In this document: positions 21,981-34,375 of the stretch, in pieces
How the letters are laid out: every line of letters begins with the position of its first letter
Numbering within the stretch: the first letter of the stretch is position 1
Assembly: GCA_012862495.1 (NCBI GenBank)
Contig: BLSG01000314.1
Location: 24,501-88,376 of the forward strand
DNA length: 63,876 nt
Direction: 5' to 3'
Source of the DNA: Thraustochytrium aureum
Lineage: Eukaryota
The notes under the pieces: generated by a model
Database searches by the model: none
What the model was told of the DNA's origin: nothing
The model's input: only the letters and a program-made list of their open reading frames with translations
Translations under genes and position numbers: made by a program

Positions 21981-23179
21981 CGTCCTTGCACGGTCCCTGC
22001 GCCTACCAGCAGACCTCGCTCGACCCTTGGCGGCTGCAGCCCACCATCAACGTCTGCGTCCGTGCGCTGCGGCGTCCCGCCGACGAGCTGCGGGCCGACG
22101 AGCTGCGGGCCGGAGATACCAACTCTACTACCTCTCACAGCCTGCAAACGTTGGACACCCTTGATCAAGGCATCTGAGCAAGCGACCGAAGTCTCGGGCC
22201 GAGAGACAGTCATGGACAGACAACGCAGCGAGGGCCCCAATGGCCTCTCCCACGCGAGCAAGGCCCGCAGTGCGCCCTTCAGGACCGGCGCAGCCGCTCT
22301 CGCGGGCCCTGTCGCGCGCCGCAGCGCGCCGAAACAGCGCGTCAAGGGCCGTTTCCATGCCATGCCAACTCGNNNNNNNNNNNNNNNNNNNNNNNNNNNN
22401 NNNNNNNNNNNNNNNNNNNNNNNNNNNNNNNNNNNNNNNNNNNNNNNNNNNNNNNNNNNNNNNNNNNNNNNNNNNNNNNNNNNNNNNNNNNNNNNNNNNG
22501 GCCGTTTCCATGCCATGCCAACTCGAGCATCGCGTTTCGTGACATCACTCGCGTGATCCTCTACTTCCGCGGGGGCCAGGCGAGCCCTGGTCGGGCAGCG
22601 AGCCCTGGTCGGGCAGTGCGGCGGGCATCAGCTTTGCTTTCTCGCGAGCTGGAGAGCAGCGGGCAGGCAGGCTGGCTGGCAGGCAGGCAGGCAGGCTGGC
22701 TGGCAGGCTGCCTGGTGCGGGCGCGGCGCCCTCCCGGCCTCTTGGACCTGCGCAGTGCCGCTGGCCGAGCAACAGCCTGCCAGCCGCGCGGTCCGACGGC
22801 GGTATCGCGCTCAGGCCAGGCTGGCTGTCAGCTGCGCAGCGGCGCCAGGCCCCACTTGGTCGCCGTGAAGCCGCTGAGCACGGCGATTCCGCAGGAGCCC
22901 TTGGGTTAGGTTGCGGGAGGGTTCAGTCGGTTGTTAGGAGCCAAGGTGGCCGCGCCAGGCGAACAAGGAGCTGCGGCAGACCGCGAACGAGGCGGCGGGG
23001 AGCTCGCGCTGCGGGGGCAAGCTGCCGTGCGAGAAGGAGGCGCTCTAGCGCGTGCGAGCCTGGGCCCTGCTGGAGCTGCTGGCCTGAGGGCCGCGCTGCT
23101 TTGGGTCGCCGAGCTCGACGGGTGCGGCGCGTCTTGCGGGGCTTCCTCGTTCGGTCCTCGTTTTGGCGCAAGACGGCGG

Positions 23180-25057
23180 ATGTGCGCCGCCACGTGGAGA
23201 CGCAGAGAAGGGCTGGCTGAACACGCGGGCAAAAGGAGGGTCGTGGACGGGATGCTGCGGCGGAAGCCACTGTGGGTGATCAAGCAGCAAGCGCAGGTGC
23301 CCGAGGAACATAGGGTGTACGGGCTGTGGTCTCTGCTGGCTGTTGGCGTCGGGTGAGTTGGGTGGCACGAATAGACGCGCTTGGCCGGGGGCAAGCGCTG
23401 ACGTGCGAGCGCATTCGCACATTCAGCGGGGCCGTCGGATCTGGCATTTTCGTCTTGAGCGGGACAATCTCGAGGCAGGCTGCGGGGCCCGCGACTTGCA
23501 TCTCGTGGCTTATTGGTGGACTCGTGTGCGCCGCGACAGCCCTAGCGTACGCCGAGCTGTCCTGCATTGTCCCTTCTGCAGGCTCTTCCTACAGCTTCTC
23601 CTACTATGCTCTTGGGGAAGCCTTTGCAGTGCTTGGCGCGTGGTTCTTGACGCTAGAGTACGGTGTCTCTGGCGCTGCCGTGTCACGGTCATGGGGAGAT
23701 AAGGTCGCTTTTTATGCGAGCGAGCTTGATGTCCTTTGGTGCTCGAGGGGCGAGCCGTGCTGGCTCAACTCGCTGGGCGGGACCACGGTGAACCCGAGCG
23801 CGGCGTTTCTTTGCCTCCTCGCTGTCTCCATCCTCCTGGGCGGCGTCGAGCTCGGCAGAAGGGCGCTTAACGTGCTCGTCGTGTTCAAGGTCGGCTTGGT
23901 GCTTTTTGTAATCGTCGTCGGATGGCTGCACTTTGACCCAGCCAATCTGGTCCCGTTTTTGCCCGAGCCGGAACCTGTTAGCGGATTCATCGGCGGCACG
24001 CACGGTCTGTTTCTGGGGACGACGATAGCCTTCTTCGGCTTTGTCGGATTTGACGAGGTCTGTGCGCTCACCAATGAAGCGACGCACCCCCGTCACATCC
24101 CCGTCGCCGTCGTCGGGACAATTGTCGTCATTACGATTCTCTATGTGCTTGCCTCTTTGGCGCTCGTTGGAATGGTGCCGTATACCCAAATCGACCCCGA
24201 GGAGGGCTTTGGGAGCGCTTTTCGCTACGTTGGGGCTGACTGGGCAGTGCACGTGGTGATGATTGGCCAGATCCTCGTGGTGCTTCCAGCCGTGGTTTTG
24301 GTTAGTTTTTTGCCGCAGAGCCGATTGCTGGCCGCTGTGGCCCGAGATGGGATCCTCCCCAAGCGCTTCGGCGAGGAAGACGCCTCTGGCAACTTGTACT
24401 GGAGCGTGCTCATTGCGGGGGTTTTCATGACGCTGATCGCTCTTCTGGTCCCGTTCCGCAACCTGAACGACCTGATCAGCGGCGGCATCCTTCTTGCGTT
24501 CAACCTTTCCAACACGAGCATTCTCGTCATCCGCACGGGCAACGACGCCCGGGCTCTGCGGAGCGTTGGGGCCTTTGTCCTCCTCTCGGGCGCTGCTGCC
24601 TTCTGCCTGGTTAAGGACGCCGGCCTACCAGCTGTTGTCGTCACAGGCGTCGCATCTGTCGTTTCGCTCGGCGTGCTGGTCCCGCTCGCTGAGCCGGCCC
24701 AGGAGGCCTGCGTCAAAGGATTTGCGATGCCGGGGGTCCCAGTCTTGCCTGGGATGGCGATTGCAGCCAACTGGGGCCTGTTCGCCCAGCTCAGCTTTTC
24801 TGGGTTGGTGCAGGTCGCCGTGTTTGTCGCCGTTGCGCTGGTCATTTANNNNNNNNNNNNNNNNNNNNNNNNNNNNNNNNNNNNNNNNNNNNNNNNNCGT
24901 TGCGCTGGTCATTTACCTCCTTTTCAAGCTGTGCAACTTGGCATACATGGATCACAACCTCGTGGCGGGCGAGGAGCGAGGGCACGGGGAGCGCGGCGCG
25001 TGGCTGCCCGCTCCCGCGCAGGAAGAGCCTGCTGAGGTGGAGCTCACGCAAACGTGA
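23180..25057 (+). CDS. Cationic amino acid transporter (APC superfamily), with an intron at 23353-23426; the start could also be the later Met in MLRRKP
   Basis: RRKP..LLAVGVG|GAVGSGIFVLSG, ALAYAEL, SAGSSYS, FFGFVGFD, EATHP, QSRLLAAVARDGILP; many TM helices. The N gap at 24849-24897 has duplicated flanks. Confidence 0.92.
23353..23426 (+). other. Spliceosomal intron (74 nt)
   Basis: GTGAGT donor, GCTGAC branch, TTCAG acceptor. Removing it restores VGVGGAVGSG. Confidence 0.85.
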
Positions 25058-25148
25058 AAGCGCGCAGCGCAGGCGTTCAGGCGCTCAACAATCCAGCTCT
25101 CTCTACTAGGCGCAGAGAGAGAGAGAAGAGAGCACTTTCTACTTATGG

Positions 25149-25243
25149 GCCCTGCCTGCGAGGACCTTCCCGCATCAGTGGCCCCTGCCTGCGAGGACCT
25201 TCCCACATCAGTGGTCCCTGCCTGCGAGGACCTTCCCGCATCG
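25149..25243. repeat. Tandem repeat of about 33 bp, three copies (CCCTGCCTGCGAGGACCTTCCCGCATCAGTGG-like)
   Basis: Three visible copies between the convergent transporter and TCP10-like genes. Confidence 0.85.
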
Positions 25244-25349
25244 GCATCCCAATCGGGCTCCCAGAAGCGCCAAGTCGAACGGGTCGAGAGTGCAGGGCGA
25301 ACGCCTTGGCAAGGGGCAGAGAAACGTATCTTCCTTGTAGATCTCCTTC

Positions 25350-27878
25350 CTATATCATCGGCGACACCGGAGCAAGCGATATTTGTGTCGAGAGCTCCTC
25401 CTCGATCTTGGGTAGCATGGCAATCGAACAAACGCTGGCCCGGTCGTCCTCTTCGTTGATTGCGAAGTCACAAGTACCAGCAAAGTAGGCGTCGATTCGC
25501 TCCTGGAGCAACGCAGCCCGCTCGCGAGCCTCGTCGCGCTCGCGGGAGACCTTGTCAATGGCACGCCGAAGCTCCGTGGTCTCGTTCACAAGCTGGATCG
25601 ACTCGCGCCGCTTCTGCACGAGCTCGGTTGAGGCCTCCTCCTGCCGCCGCTTAAAGTTGGCGATCGCGCTCAGTAGCGATTCGGTACGCGTGAGAGCCGC
25701 GTCGGCAGGCCTGTTCTTGTCCTTGCTCTTGTTCTTTCGCGGCGAGAATGTCAGCAGCGGGATAAGCCGCCCGAAGATCGCAAAGTTGCCGCGCTTCTTG
25801 TTTCCGTCACCTTGAAGCGAAAAGCGGAGGTCGATCAGGCGGTCTTCCACCTCTTGCTTCTCTTGCTCGAGGGCGGCGATCCTGCTCTTTAGTTCGGACA
25901 CGACAGCTTTGGACATGAGCGGGTCCGCGTACATGTCGTCTTGGTTCTGCTTGAACTCGCGCGTGAATTGGCGCTGGAAAAATAGGCTCTGGGCGTCTCG
26001 AAGACTCCATTGTGTCGATGTCGAAGTCGTCGTCGCCACTGCCGCCGCTTTGGGGACAGCAGACGCAGCGCGCTCGCCAGAGGCCTCGCTCAACTGGGTG
26101 GCGAGCTGCATCGCGCGCTTCTTTTCCGCCGCGAGCCGCTGCTGGAGCGACTCGTTTTCCGTGAGGAGCGACTCGACACCTTGCTTGGCCGAAACCAACT
26201 GGCCCTCAAAGTCCTTGGTCGCGGCGATGAGCGCCACCTCGGCTTGCGCGAGCTGCTGCTGCGCGCTCCGCGAGAGCGCCTCGCATGCGCGCTCGGCCTC
26301 CAAGCATCGCTTGGCGAGGTACAGGACGAGCTCAGGGTCCTCGGTGCTATCGACGCGCTTGCCTGTTTCCATGTCAAGGGACGTCTGTGACCCGTCGCCG
26401 TGAACCAAAACGCGTTGCGAGTGGCTCGCAAACAGGTACCGTGCTGGTTCAGCTGCGCGTTGCCCCGTCAAAAGCCGGGCGCTTGGTCGCGATCGTGCGC
26501 CGCCGCGCACATCTCGTTTGGGCTCTTGCACGGCTAGATCCGACCCCGTGCTGCACGAGCTGAAAGAAGGCGAAGAGCAACCCGAGTCGACACTTTGCGC
26601 AAAGCTCGACCGAGGCCTGGGGAGTCGCGTGCCTGCAGGTTTCTTCAGCGGCTTGCCGCGCTGAATGATTTCGCCGCTCGATTCTTGCAAAACAAAGGTC
26701 CATTCCCCCGTGCGGTTGAACTGCACACGGCGCCCATCCGAGAGAACGCGCAGCACGTGAAGGGCCATGGGCGGCCCTCCTACATGCTTGTGCTGCATGC
26801 TCGAGTTGCTAGAGTCAGAGTCGCACATTTCGGGGCCAATGGTGTTGCGACCGGCTTGGTCGTCCGGTGGTTCCAGCTCACAGCAGCCTCCCATGCGCAC
26901 CACACTTCCCGTGGCAGGACAGTGCTGCTCCTTGCGACCGTCTGGGAACAAGCGGATTATCACTCCATCTGGCCTTGTTTCTGACACCGTGCCGCATGCG
27001 GAGACCTCGATTTTGCTTCCATCGGCGCGAGTCTCGACTCGAGACCCGTCTGTGAAGAGCGTTATTGTGGTGTTGTCGCGTAGACTAGTCTGCACCTTGG
27101 TCCCGTCGACGTGGAGTTCAATCTGGATGCGCGACTGCGGGTCCGTCTGCACTCGCCGCCCGTCCGGAAACTGGACGAGCTTGACGCCTTCTTGCGTGAC
27201 CTGCTCTCGCCGGCCGTCGCCAAACTCGGTCACAACCGTTCCGTTCGGAAACGCCTTGCGCCTCTTCACAGAAAGGCTTGAGGCGATATCTTGCGCAGAC
27301 CCTTCGCGTGCCTCGACGCGAGCCGCATGCGCGACGCTTATTGCTTCACTTGAAACACCTTGGTCACCTCTGCTATCGTCTTCGTCATCCTTGCGCTCTT
27401 CTTCTTCTTCTTCTTCTTCTTCTTTTGCTGCTGCTGCTGCTGCTGCCCCGCTCGAGCTGGGGCTGGAAGTCGTTTGCTCTGGAAGGCTCGAGCCGCGCTG
27501 CACTCCCGATTCGGCGGGCTCGTGGCGTTCTGGTTGTTGCAGGGAGTTGCCAACCAGATTCGCGACGGGCTGTGGCCCGCCTTGAAGCGGTTCGGTGGCC
27601 TCTGCAGCGGTTGCAGGAGCTAGCATTGACGTGTATGCGGAGCCAAAGCCGTGGCCGTCTGAAAGTGGTGGGCCGCCTTGATCAGCTGGTCGTGGTTCTT
27701 CTTGTGCATCGCCGCAGACTGACGGCTCGTGGGCGTGCGCTGCAATCGCCTTTCTCGCCGTTGCGCTGCGTTCTGCCTTGTCCTTTTCCTTGCCGACCAG
27801 CGCGACTTTGTTTGTCATATCAGGGCCTGGGGTCTCACACGCGCTTGCAGCGCTGGTGGCCTCGACCTGGCCGGGCAT
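25350..27878 (-). CDS. Protein with TCP10/CENPJ(SAS-4)-like beta-repeats followed by long coiled coils; 5' end uncertain
   Basis: Repeated FPNGT, FGDGRR, FPDGRR, HVDGTK, FTDGSR, RADGSK, RPDGV, FPDGRK turns, then heptad-rich coiled coil. Confidence 0.65.
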   Translation of the reverse strand: MPGQVEATSAASACETPGPDMTNKVALVGKEKDKAERSATARKAIAAHAHEPSVCGDAQEEPRPADQGGPPLSDGHGFGSAYTSMLAPATAAEATEPLQGGPQPVANLVGNSLQQPERHEPAESGVQRGSSLPEQTTSSPSSSGAAAAAAAKEEEEEEEEERKDDEDDSRGDQGVSSEAISVAHAARVEAREGSAQDIASSLSVKRRKAFPNGTVVTEFGDGRREQVTQEGVKLVQFPDGRRVQTDPQSRIQIELHVDGTKVQTSLRDNTTITLFTDGSRVETRADGSKIEVSACGTVSETRPDGVIIRLFPDGRKEQHCPATGSVVRMGGCCELEPPDDQAGRNTIGPEMCDSDSSNSSMQHKHVGGPPMALHVLRVLSDGRRVQFNRTGEWTFVLQESSGEIIQRGKPLKKPAGTRLPRPRSSFAQSVDSGCSSPSFSSCSTGSDLAVQEPKRDVRGGARSRPSARLLTGQRAAEPARYLFASHSQRVLVHGDGSQTSLDMETGKRVDSTEDPELVLYLAKRCLEAERACEALSRSAQQQLAQAEVALIAATKDFEGQLVSAKQGVESLLTENESLQQRLAAEKKRAMQLATQLSEASGERAASAVPKAAAVATTTSTSTQWSLRDAQSLFFQRQFTREFKQNQDDMYADPLMSKAVVSELKSRIAALEQEKQEVEDRLIDLRFSLQGDGNKKRGNFAIFGRLIPLLTFSPRKNKSKDKNRPADAALTRTESLLSAIANFKRRQEEASTELVQKRRESIQLVNETTELRRAIDKVSRERDEARERAALLQERIDAYFAGTCDFAINEEDDRASVCSIAMLPKIEEELSTQISLAPVSPMI

Positions 27879-28805
27879 CGCACTCTGCCGGCAAGGGCAA
27901 GCTGAAAGGGTTGCAACTGTCCAGTCGTGGCCGAAGGTCCTTGTCGGGGTGCTCGTGGTGGGATCACGGTCTCTTTTCTGAGCGGCACTGCAGAAAATCG
28001 CTACGGCGACTTCCTCGCGCGGAAAGGAGACGAGCCTCTTTGACCGCTAGCCGGGGCAACGAGGTCTCTCGGAACAAAGGTCGAGCTTCTGGCCACCTTC
28101 CTGCACGCTTCTTGTCGAATGCGCAGAGCTGTACCGCGGGTCTTGGCAGCGAGCGGTGCTGGATGTCTTCGCCAAGCGTGTGCTCTTCGCGCGTTCCTGC
28201 TTGGTTGCGCTGCGTGCTTCGCAACTGGCAGCTTGCGGCTCCTCTGGCGGCCAAGCGCTCGCTCGCGGGCTTGAGCTCGAGGAAACGTGCCGTGCGATCT
28301 GGCCGCCGCAAGGGTGTCGCACGCTCGATCCTGCCTTTCAAAAGTTGGCAAGGCTTGCGTCTTTGTTGAGACGTTCCGCCTGGTGTCAGTCAGACATCGG
28401 CATGTCCCGGTGCCTGCCAAACCGGGCGAACCTCACATGGTGCCCCAGGACACGTTGTTGCAAGCTCTCCAGCCTGAGCATGCCGGCCCCAGAGCTAGCC
28501 AGCCAGAGCAGGCTTTGGCGTCTCTTTGCAAATAAGAATGTTGGAGTGACCGTGACTCTCAAGCCATTTCAGGCTCTGCCGCTCGCTGTCCGCCGGGCGC
28601 TCCTGGAAAGACATAACGTGAGCGACGCGCGCACCCAGGTGGTCCACACATCTGGGACTAGTCGAGTCGCCCAAGCCCCAGGTTGCCCTGCCTGCTGCCT
28701 GGGCCGACACAAACACACAACCTCAGGCGGACAAACACCCCGCAAAAAAAAAAAGGATAAGAAAAAATCAGCTTTTGCCAGCCCACCCACTCCACTCGTC
28801 CATCA

Positions 28806-31743
28806 TCAGTGCTGATGAGGCGCGACGGCATCGCCCGTGACTGGAAGGAACTTGAGGTCGTCAAGCGACGGCTTTCCCGGGTCTGCGCCGTGAAAGCGAT
28901 AGCCGAATTCAGAGCCACCCCAGCCATGCTCCACCCGAAGGTGGCCAGAGAGCGGGTCCACCCAGGATACCTCGAATGAAGCAAAACGAAAGTTGACGAG
29001 CATGCCGTCCGGGCCCATGTTGAGGGGAACGGTATCGCCCTTGTCCACGTGCATTTTCATGGTGTACGTCACGCCAGCCGCCTCCAAGGCCAGCCAAAGG
29101 TCTTTGGCCGGAACACCATCAGCGCAGAGATTGGGAAAGTCGCCCGAGAGCTCGTCCACCGGGACGGCGTGCGCCAAGGGGCGGCCCTCCTCATTGAGAT
29201 GCACGAACCCAAACTTTGCGTTGGAAAGCGTGGGCAGCGAGGCCATCGTCACATTGAAAAAGTGGTTGCTGCTGGCCTCGCCCGTCGAGAAGTAGTGGGA
29301 CACATAGCGCTGCATGTAGCTCCAGCGGCGCTGCCCGAACGCCCTGTCTCGCATCCCCTTGCCGCTCACGCGAAGGCGGCGACCACCCAACACGATGTGC
29401 CCCTGGGTCAGCCCAAACTGCTCGTAGTGTTCTTGGTGGCTAGCCTTGAGCTCGTCGCCCCACTCGCGCGAAAAGGTCTCGAGTGCGAGCGCCTGAGACG
29501 TCAGCGACGGCGACACGTCCGTTCCGAACGAGAAGACCTCCATGCTCTTGCGCCAGGTCAGGTCAAAGCTCGCAACCTCGGGCTTGCCCGTGCGCGCGCT
29601 CACCAGCGTGCCCTGAAACGTTGCGCGCCACTGCGCCATGGGCTCTATGCACGAGAGCCGCATTACGCTGCGGCCGTCGCACGAAGCGACCACGACAGTG
29701 TTGTCGCCGTCATAGGTGACTCGGCAAATCGTGGAGGGGTGCGACTCCCACGTGTAGACGGCGTCGCCAGGGATCTTGACTGCGAGCCAGGTCTCCCCGC
29801 AGTCGTCCAGGGCGCGCTTGCACCAACGCAGCGCCAAAGACGGCGACTCGCGGGTCGATCCGAACACGGAAAGGTAGTACGAGTCAAACGCGCTGTCTTG
29901 GACGGGGGTGCCAACGGCATAGTCGACCGGGTGATGCCCCTCGAGAAACGCGGCTGGGAGCCCCGTTGTCTTTTGACCGTGGTAGCCAGACCGCGACGAG
30001 GTCTTGTAAAGCATGAACTTGTACTTGAGCTTGTACTTGAGCTGGGCGAAAACCCCGCCCTCCAGGGTCTTGTGCACCGCCCGGTGGGTTCGGTAGCCAA
30101 GGGCGACGTGNNNNNNNNNNNNNNNNNNNNNNNNNNNNNNNNNNNNNNNNNNNNNNNNNNNNNNNNNNNNNNNNNNNNNNNNNNNNNNNNNNNNNNNNNN
30201 NNNNNNNNNNNNNNNNNNNNNNNNNNNNNNNNNNNNNNNNNNNNNNNNNNNNNNNNNNNNNNNNNNNNNNNNNNNNNNNNNNNNNNNNNNNNNNNNNNNN
30301 NNNNNNNNNNNNNNNNNNNNNNNNNNNNNNNNNNNNNNNNNNNNNNNNNNNNNNNNNNNNNNNNNNNNNNNNNNNNNNNNNNNNNNNNNNNNNNNNNNNN
30401 NNNNNNNNNNNNNNNNNNNNNNNNNNNNNNNNNNNNNNNNNNNNNNNNNNNNNNNNNNNNNNNNNNNNNNNNNNNNNNNNNNNNNNNNNNNNNNNNNNNN
30501 NNNNNNNNNNNNNNNNNNNNNNNNNNNNNNNNNNNNNNNNNNNNNNNNNNNNNNNNNNNNNNNNNNNNNNNNNNNNNNNNNNNNTCTGCGCGAGGGGGAT
30601 GAGCAGCTCGCCGCGGTCGCGCAAGTCTTGGCACATGCGGGCTCCCATGCGCGCTCTGCATGAGCTCCACCCTGCGCGCATGAACTGGGACGTCATCCCG
30701 AGCACCGGGTCAGCCTGGCTAATCACGCAGCACAGGTCGCCGTCCGGCTCGCAGAGTCGCGGCGAGTCCCAGAATGGGGCGTGGAAAGCGGCGATGCCGC
30801 GAACGACGGACTTGGCTTCCGCGACCGACTGGATTACATTGGCTTCTGTGACGAAAAAGCCACCCTTGAGCGTGATATCCTCCATGAGCACAAACGAGTT
30901 GCCTTGGTCACGAAAGCGAGCTGCGAACCCGCGTGGGGTGTCAACCTGGTCCACGCCTTGGAGGCTGGGCTGCACGGCGCTGAAAAAGCGGGTTTCCATC
31001 TCAATCATGCGCGTCGCTGCAAAGGGGATTCGCGTCTTGAGGTCCGGCTTTGGCGTCTTGAGGACCATGGTGGTGGGAAGGTCGTCCGGGTTGGCTGCGA
31101 GCGTGAGACGGAGGCGGTAGATCTCGGAAGCGTTGCCCATGTCGTGCCCCATTACTTCGGTCTCAACGCCGCTCACCCTAGTTCCTGGGTGCCAGTCCTG
31201 AAGAGCGCGCTCCGCCCAGGCGGCGGTGATGTCCGACTCGTCGACGACGAAGCCCTCGCGCCGGGCTCTTGCGGCGCCAGTGAGGCGCTCCTGCCACGGC
31301 CCACCATAGCGCGAGGACTGCTCGGCGCAAGAACGGGTTGCCGAGCACGTGCCTGACGAGTATGCCCGCAAGCGCGACCGGCCCCAGCCGCCTCAGGACT
31401 AGGCTGGCGAGCGCGGCCAGCCTCCCAGTCTGGACTTTGGATGGAGACATTGCGCCTGCTGCCAGTCGACGACACGAAAGAAGGCGTCGCGTTGAGCCGC
31501 TGTGCGCGCCCTTGCGCGTCGAGGCGTTGGTCGAGCTGCTTTGGAAAGGTATGGCGAGGCCAGGCCACTCGGGTCTGGTCTGTTCGCTCGTCTGCACGGC
31601 GGCAACTGGAGTCTGAAAGTCTGAAAAGGTGGAAAAATAAACACTTTGCGCGTCCTATCTTGCCAGGTCGTGCGATCTTGGAAGCTGGCGGCGATGACGG
31701 GCTCCGACGTGAAGGAAGGAAACTTGACGGCCGCCATCATCAT
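28806..31743 (-). CDS. Probable fusion: N-terminal APH/EcKinase-like phosphotransferase plus a C-terminal AttH/tocopherol-cyclase-like beta domain (gap 30111-30584; 5' part frameshifted)
   Basis: Kinase N-lobe: SEIYRLRL, PTTMVLK, METRFF, TPRGFAA, VLMEDI, IAAFHAPFWDSP. C-domain: DSYY, CIEPMAQWRATFQG, FGTD..ALALE, HYEQFG, GMRDRAFGQRRW. Confidence 0.6.
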
Positions 31744-31801
31744 CTGCGCCCTCGTTCGGATCAGAACGCCCCGGTGAGTTGGTTGAAGCGACTCTTGCTA
31801 G

Positions 31802-34304
31802 CTAGCTACTCGCTTGGAAGTTGAAGTTGCGCGAAATGAAAGCCGCGTACTGCTGCGCAACGAACTCCTGGCGCGTCTGGTCAGCCTCCGGCAAGCAAAC
31901 GCGAATCGACTTGGTCTTGGGGTCGAAAACCCAAAGCTCGTCGCAGGTCTCTGCGAGAAAAGCAGAGTCGTGCGAGACAAGCAACGCTGTGCCGTTGAAC
32001 GAGTTGAGCGCGGCACCCAGGACGTCGATGGAGTCGAGGTCAAGGTGAGCCGTCGGCTCGTCCAGAATGAGTAGCTCTGGCCGCGAGTAGGACTCTAGCG
32101 CAAAGACCACGCGGACCTTTTGGCCGCCGCTTAGGTGCTGATAGGGCGCAGCGCAAGCTTTCCCGTGAGCCCGAACGCGCCGAGGAAGGAGCGCGCGTCT
32201 TCGACGGTCTGGCAATCAATCGTCCCTGGCCCACGTGGGAGGTCGAGAACGAGCTCGGCCGCTGTCTTGGTCTGGTCGAGTCGCGTCGCCATGTCCTGGT
32301 GGAATATGGCTCGCCGACCTGGTGTGACCACGGACAGGATTTCACCAGACAAGGGCGCTAGCTGGCCTTGCAGCACTTGCAGAAGGGTAGACTTGCCGAC
32401 GCCATTCGGCCCAAGCACGCCGATCCGCGCCCCAGACCGGACTTGCGCAGAGAACGCCTCGACGAGCGGCGCCCCCGGCGACCAGCCATAGCTGACTCGG
32501 TCCAGCTGAATAAGCGGCGTGCCGGCTGGCTCGACCGCCAGGGCGTCTGGGAAGCGAAAGCTGAGCGGCTTTTCGTCAAAGTCGAGTGCAGATGGGAGGC
32601 CGTACCAGCCGTCCTTGCTCTGGCGAAAGTACTTGCCGTCGGCTCGGCCGAGGCCAATTCGGTCGATCATCTCGATCTGCTTTTTCCTGGACCGGATTTG
32701 CTTTTGTTTCTTGGGGTCGCCGCCCTTGCTTTTCCGATCGCGGCTTGCGCGCTGCTGCGTCTCGATAAAGCTCTTGAGCTCGTCCTTGCGCTTCTCCTGC
32801 TTGGCAAGCTTGTTTTGCAGGCCCTCGCGGTGGATCTGCAGCATTTCCCTGTATTCGTTGTAGGTTCCAGGAAAGTAGGCGAACTGCTTTTTGCGCAAGA
32901 CGATGAGTTCGTCCGTGACAGCGTTGATGAAGGCTCGATCATGGCTCACGAGGAGGACGGTGCCCGCGAAATTGGAACGGTCTCCGAGGTACCTGGTGAG
33001 CCACTCCACCCCGAGCACATCGAGCGCGTTTGTGGGCTCGTCCAAGAGGAGGAGGTCCGGTTGCATAAACAGTGTGCCCACCAGAGCGCAGCGCATGCGC
33101 CAGCCCCCAGATAGCGCATCAGTGGGCTTTGCCAGTAGCTCGTCGGAAAAGCCGACTTCGCGAAGCTTTGCCTCTGCGCGAGTCTCGGCGTCCCAGGCGC
33201 TGATTTGCTCGAGGCGCTCGTAGACCTGGTTTAGTCGCTCTTGAAGCTTGACTACGTCGTCGACGCCAGCGCTACGGCCTCTTCGCTTTCCATTTTCGTG
33301 AGAATCGCCTGCTCTTCGGCCATGAGTCGGGTGCGTTCAAAGTCGTAGCGAAGGACGTACTCGACGGGCGTCAGCTCGCTCCCCTTGAGCTCCTGCTCCA
33401 CGTACTGCACTTGCAGGTACGGCGGGAAGCCGGGGAGCGCGCCCCTCGCGATGCGTCGTAGCAACGTGGTCTTGCCGCAGCCGTTGCGCCCTGTGAGGCA
33501 GTACCTGCTGCCGTAGTTGAGTTTGAGCGTGGCGTTGTGCAGAAGGGTCTCTCCGTCACGCGCCATCGTGACGTTTGGGATATGTACGTCCTTGGTCTCG
33601 CCCGTCACGCGCTGCACGCCGCGTCCACCAGCGCCTCGCCCGCCCCAAGGAATGCCGAGGCGCAGGCATTCAAGCCAGGCGCTGCTGTAGTCGTCGTCGT
33701 CAAGCTCCTCGGCGGTTTCTACCAGGGCGTGGTCTTGCAGCTTCCACGAGTCGTGGCCCATCCACGTCTTGTGGAAGCGCTCGAACCGCTTGGTACTAAA
33801 CTCTCCCTCTCCGGCTGCCTTGAGCTTGGCTTGCTCGTTTGTGGCATCTTGGCGCTCTTGGCGCCGTTTTGCTCGCAGCTCCTCTTTTGAGAGCCTTTCC
33901 TTCTTGGGCTTGACAACCTCTGGGGCTGCAGGTGCTGCCTCTGCGGCGGCGAGTGCGAGAGAGGCCTCGTTCGCGCCTTGCTCCTCCTCGAGCGAGTGGA
34001 GCTGAGCCAGTTGATCGGCCGTTAGGGCCTGGACGCCTCGCTCGCTCTCCGCCTGTGCGACGACTCCGTCCTGGCTCGCCGCAGAGCTCCAAAATTCCTC
34101 AAACTCTTCTTCGGTGAGCTCACGCTCGACAATCCCGTTCAGCATCTCGTGCACGTCGGCCATCTCTGCGCCATCTTCGGCGAGAAGCACTTCGACGAGA
34201 TAGTCCACGTTGGCTTCGTCAGCGTCGTCGTCCTTTTTCAGTTTCCTCAGCTGCGCCTCGACCGTGGAGCGCAGCGCCGCGTGCTCTGCGGTAGAGCCGA
34301 GCAT
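31802..34304 (-). CDS. ABC-F family ATPase (ABCF/GCN20-like). Frameshifts near 33265 and 32133.
   Basis: Two nucleotide-binding domains without TM segments: GRNGCGKTT, LSGGWRMR, LLLLDEPTN, VSHD; GPNGVGKST, LSGGQKVR, LILDEPTAHLD, VSHD. Confidence 0.93.
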
Positions 34305-34375
34305 CCTTTTTTGCAGAGCGCGGGGCCCACAGCGCCTTTCGAGCCGCGGTTCAAAGTCGTATGGCGCACAGCCTG

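Noticed and set aside
22349..22525. Direct repeats flanking N gaps (also at 24830-24916 and 60052-60369) as target-site duplications or LTRs
   Set aside because: Identical sequence on both sides of a gap is typical of unmerged overlapping contig ends. Collapsing the copies restores the transporter and LMBR1-like reading frames.
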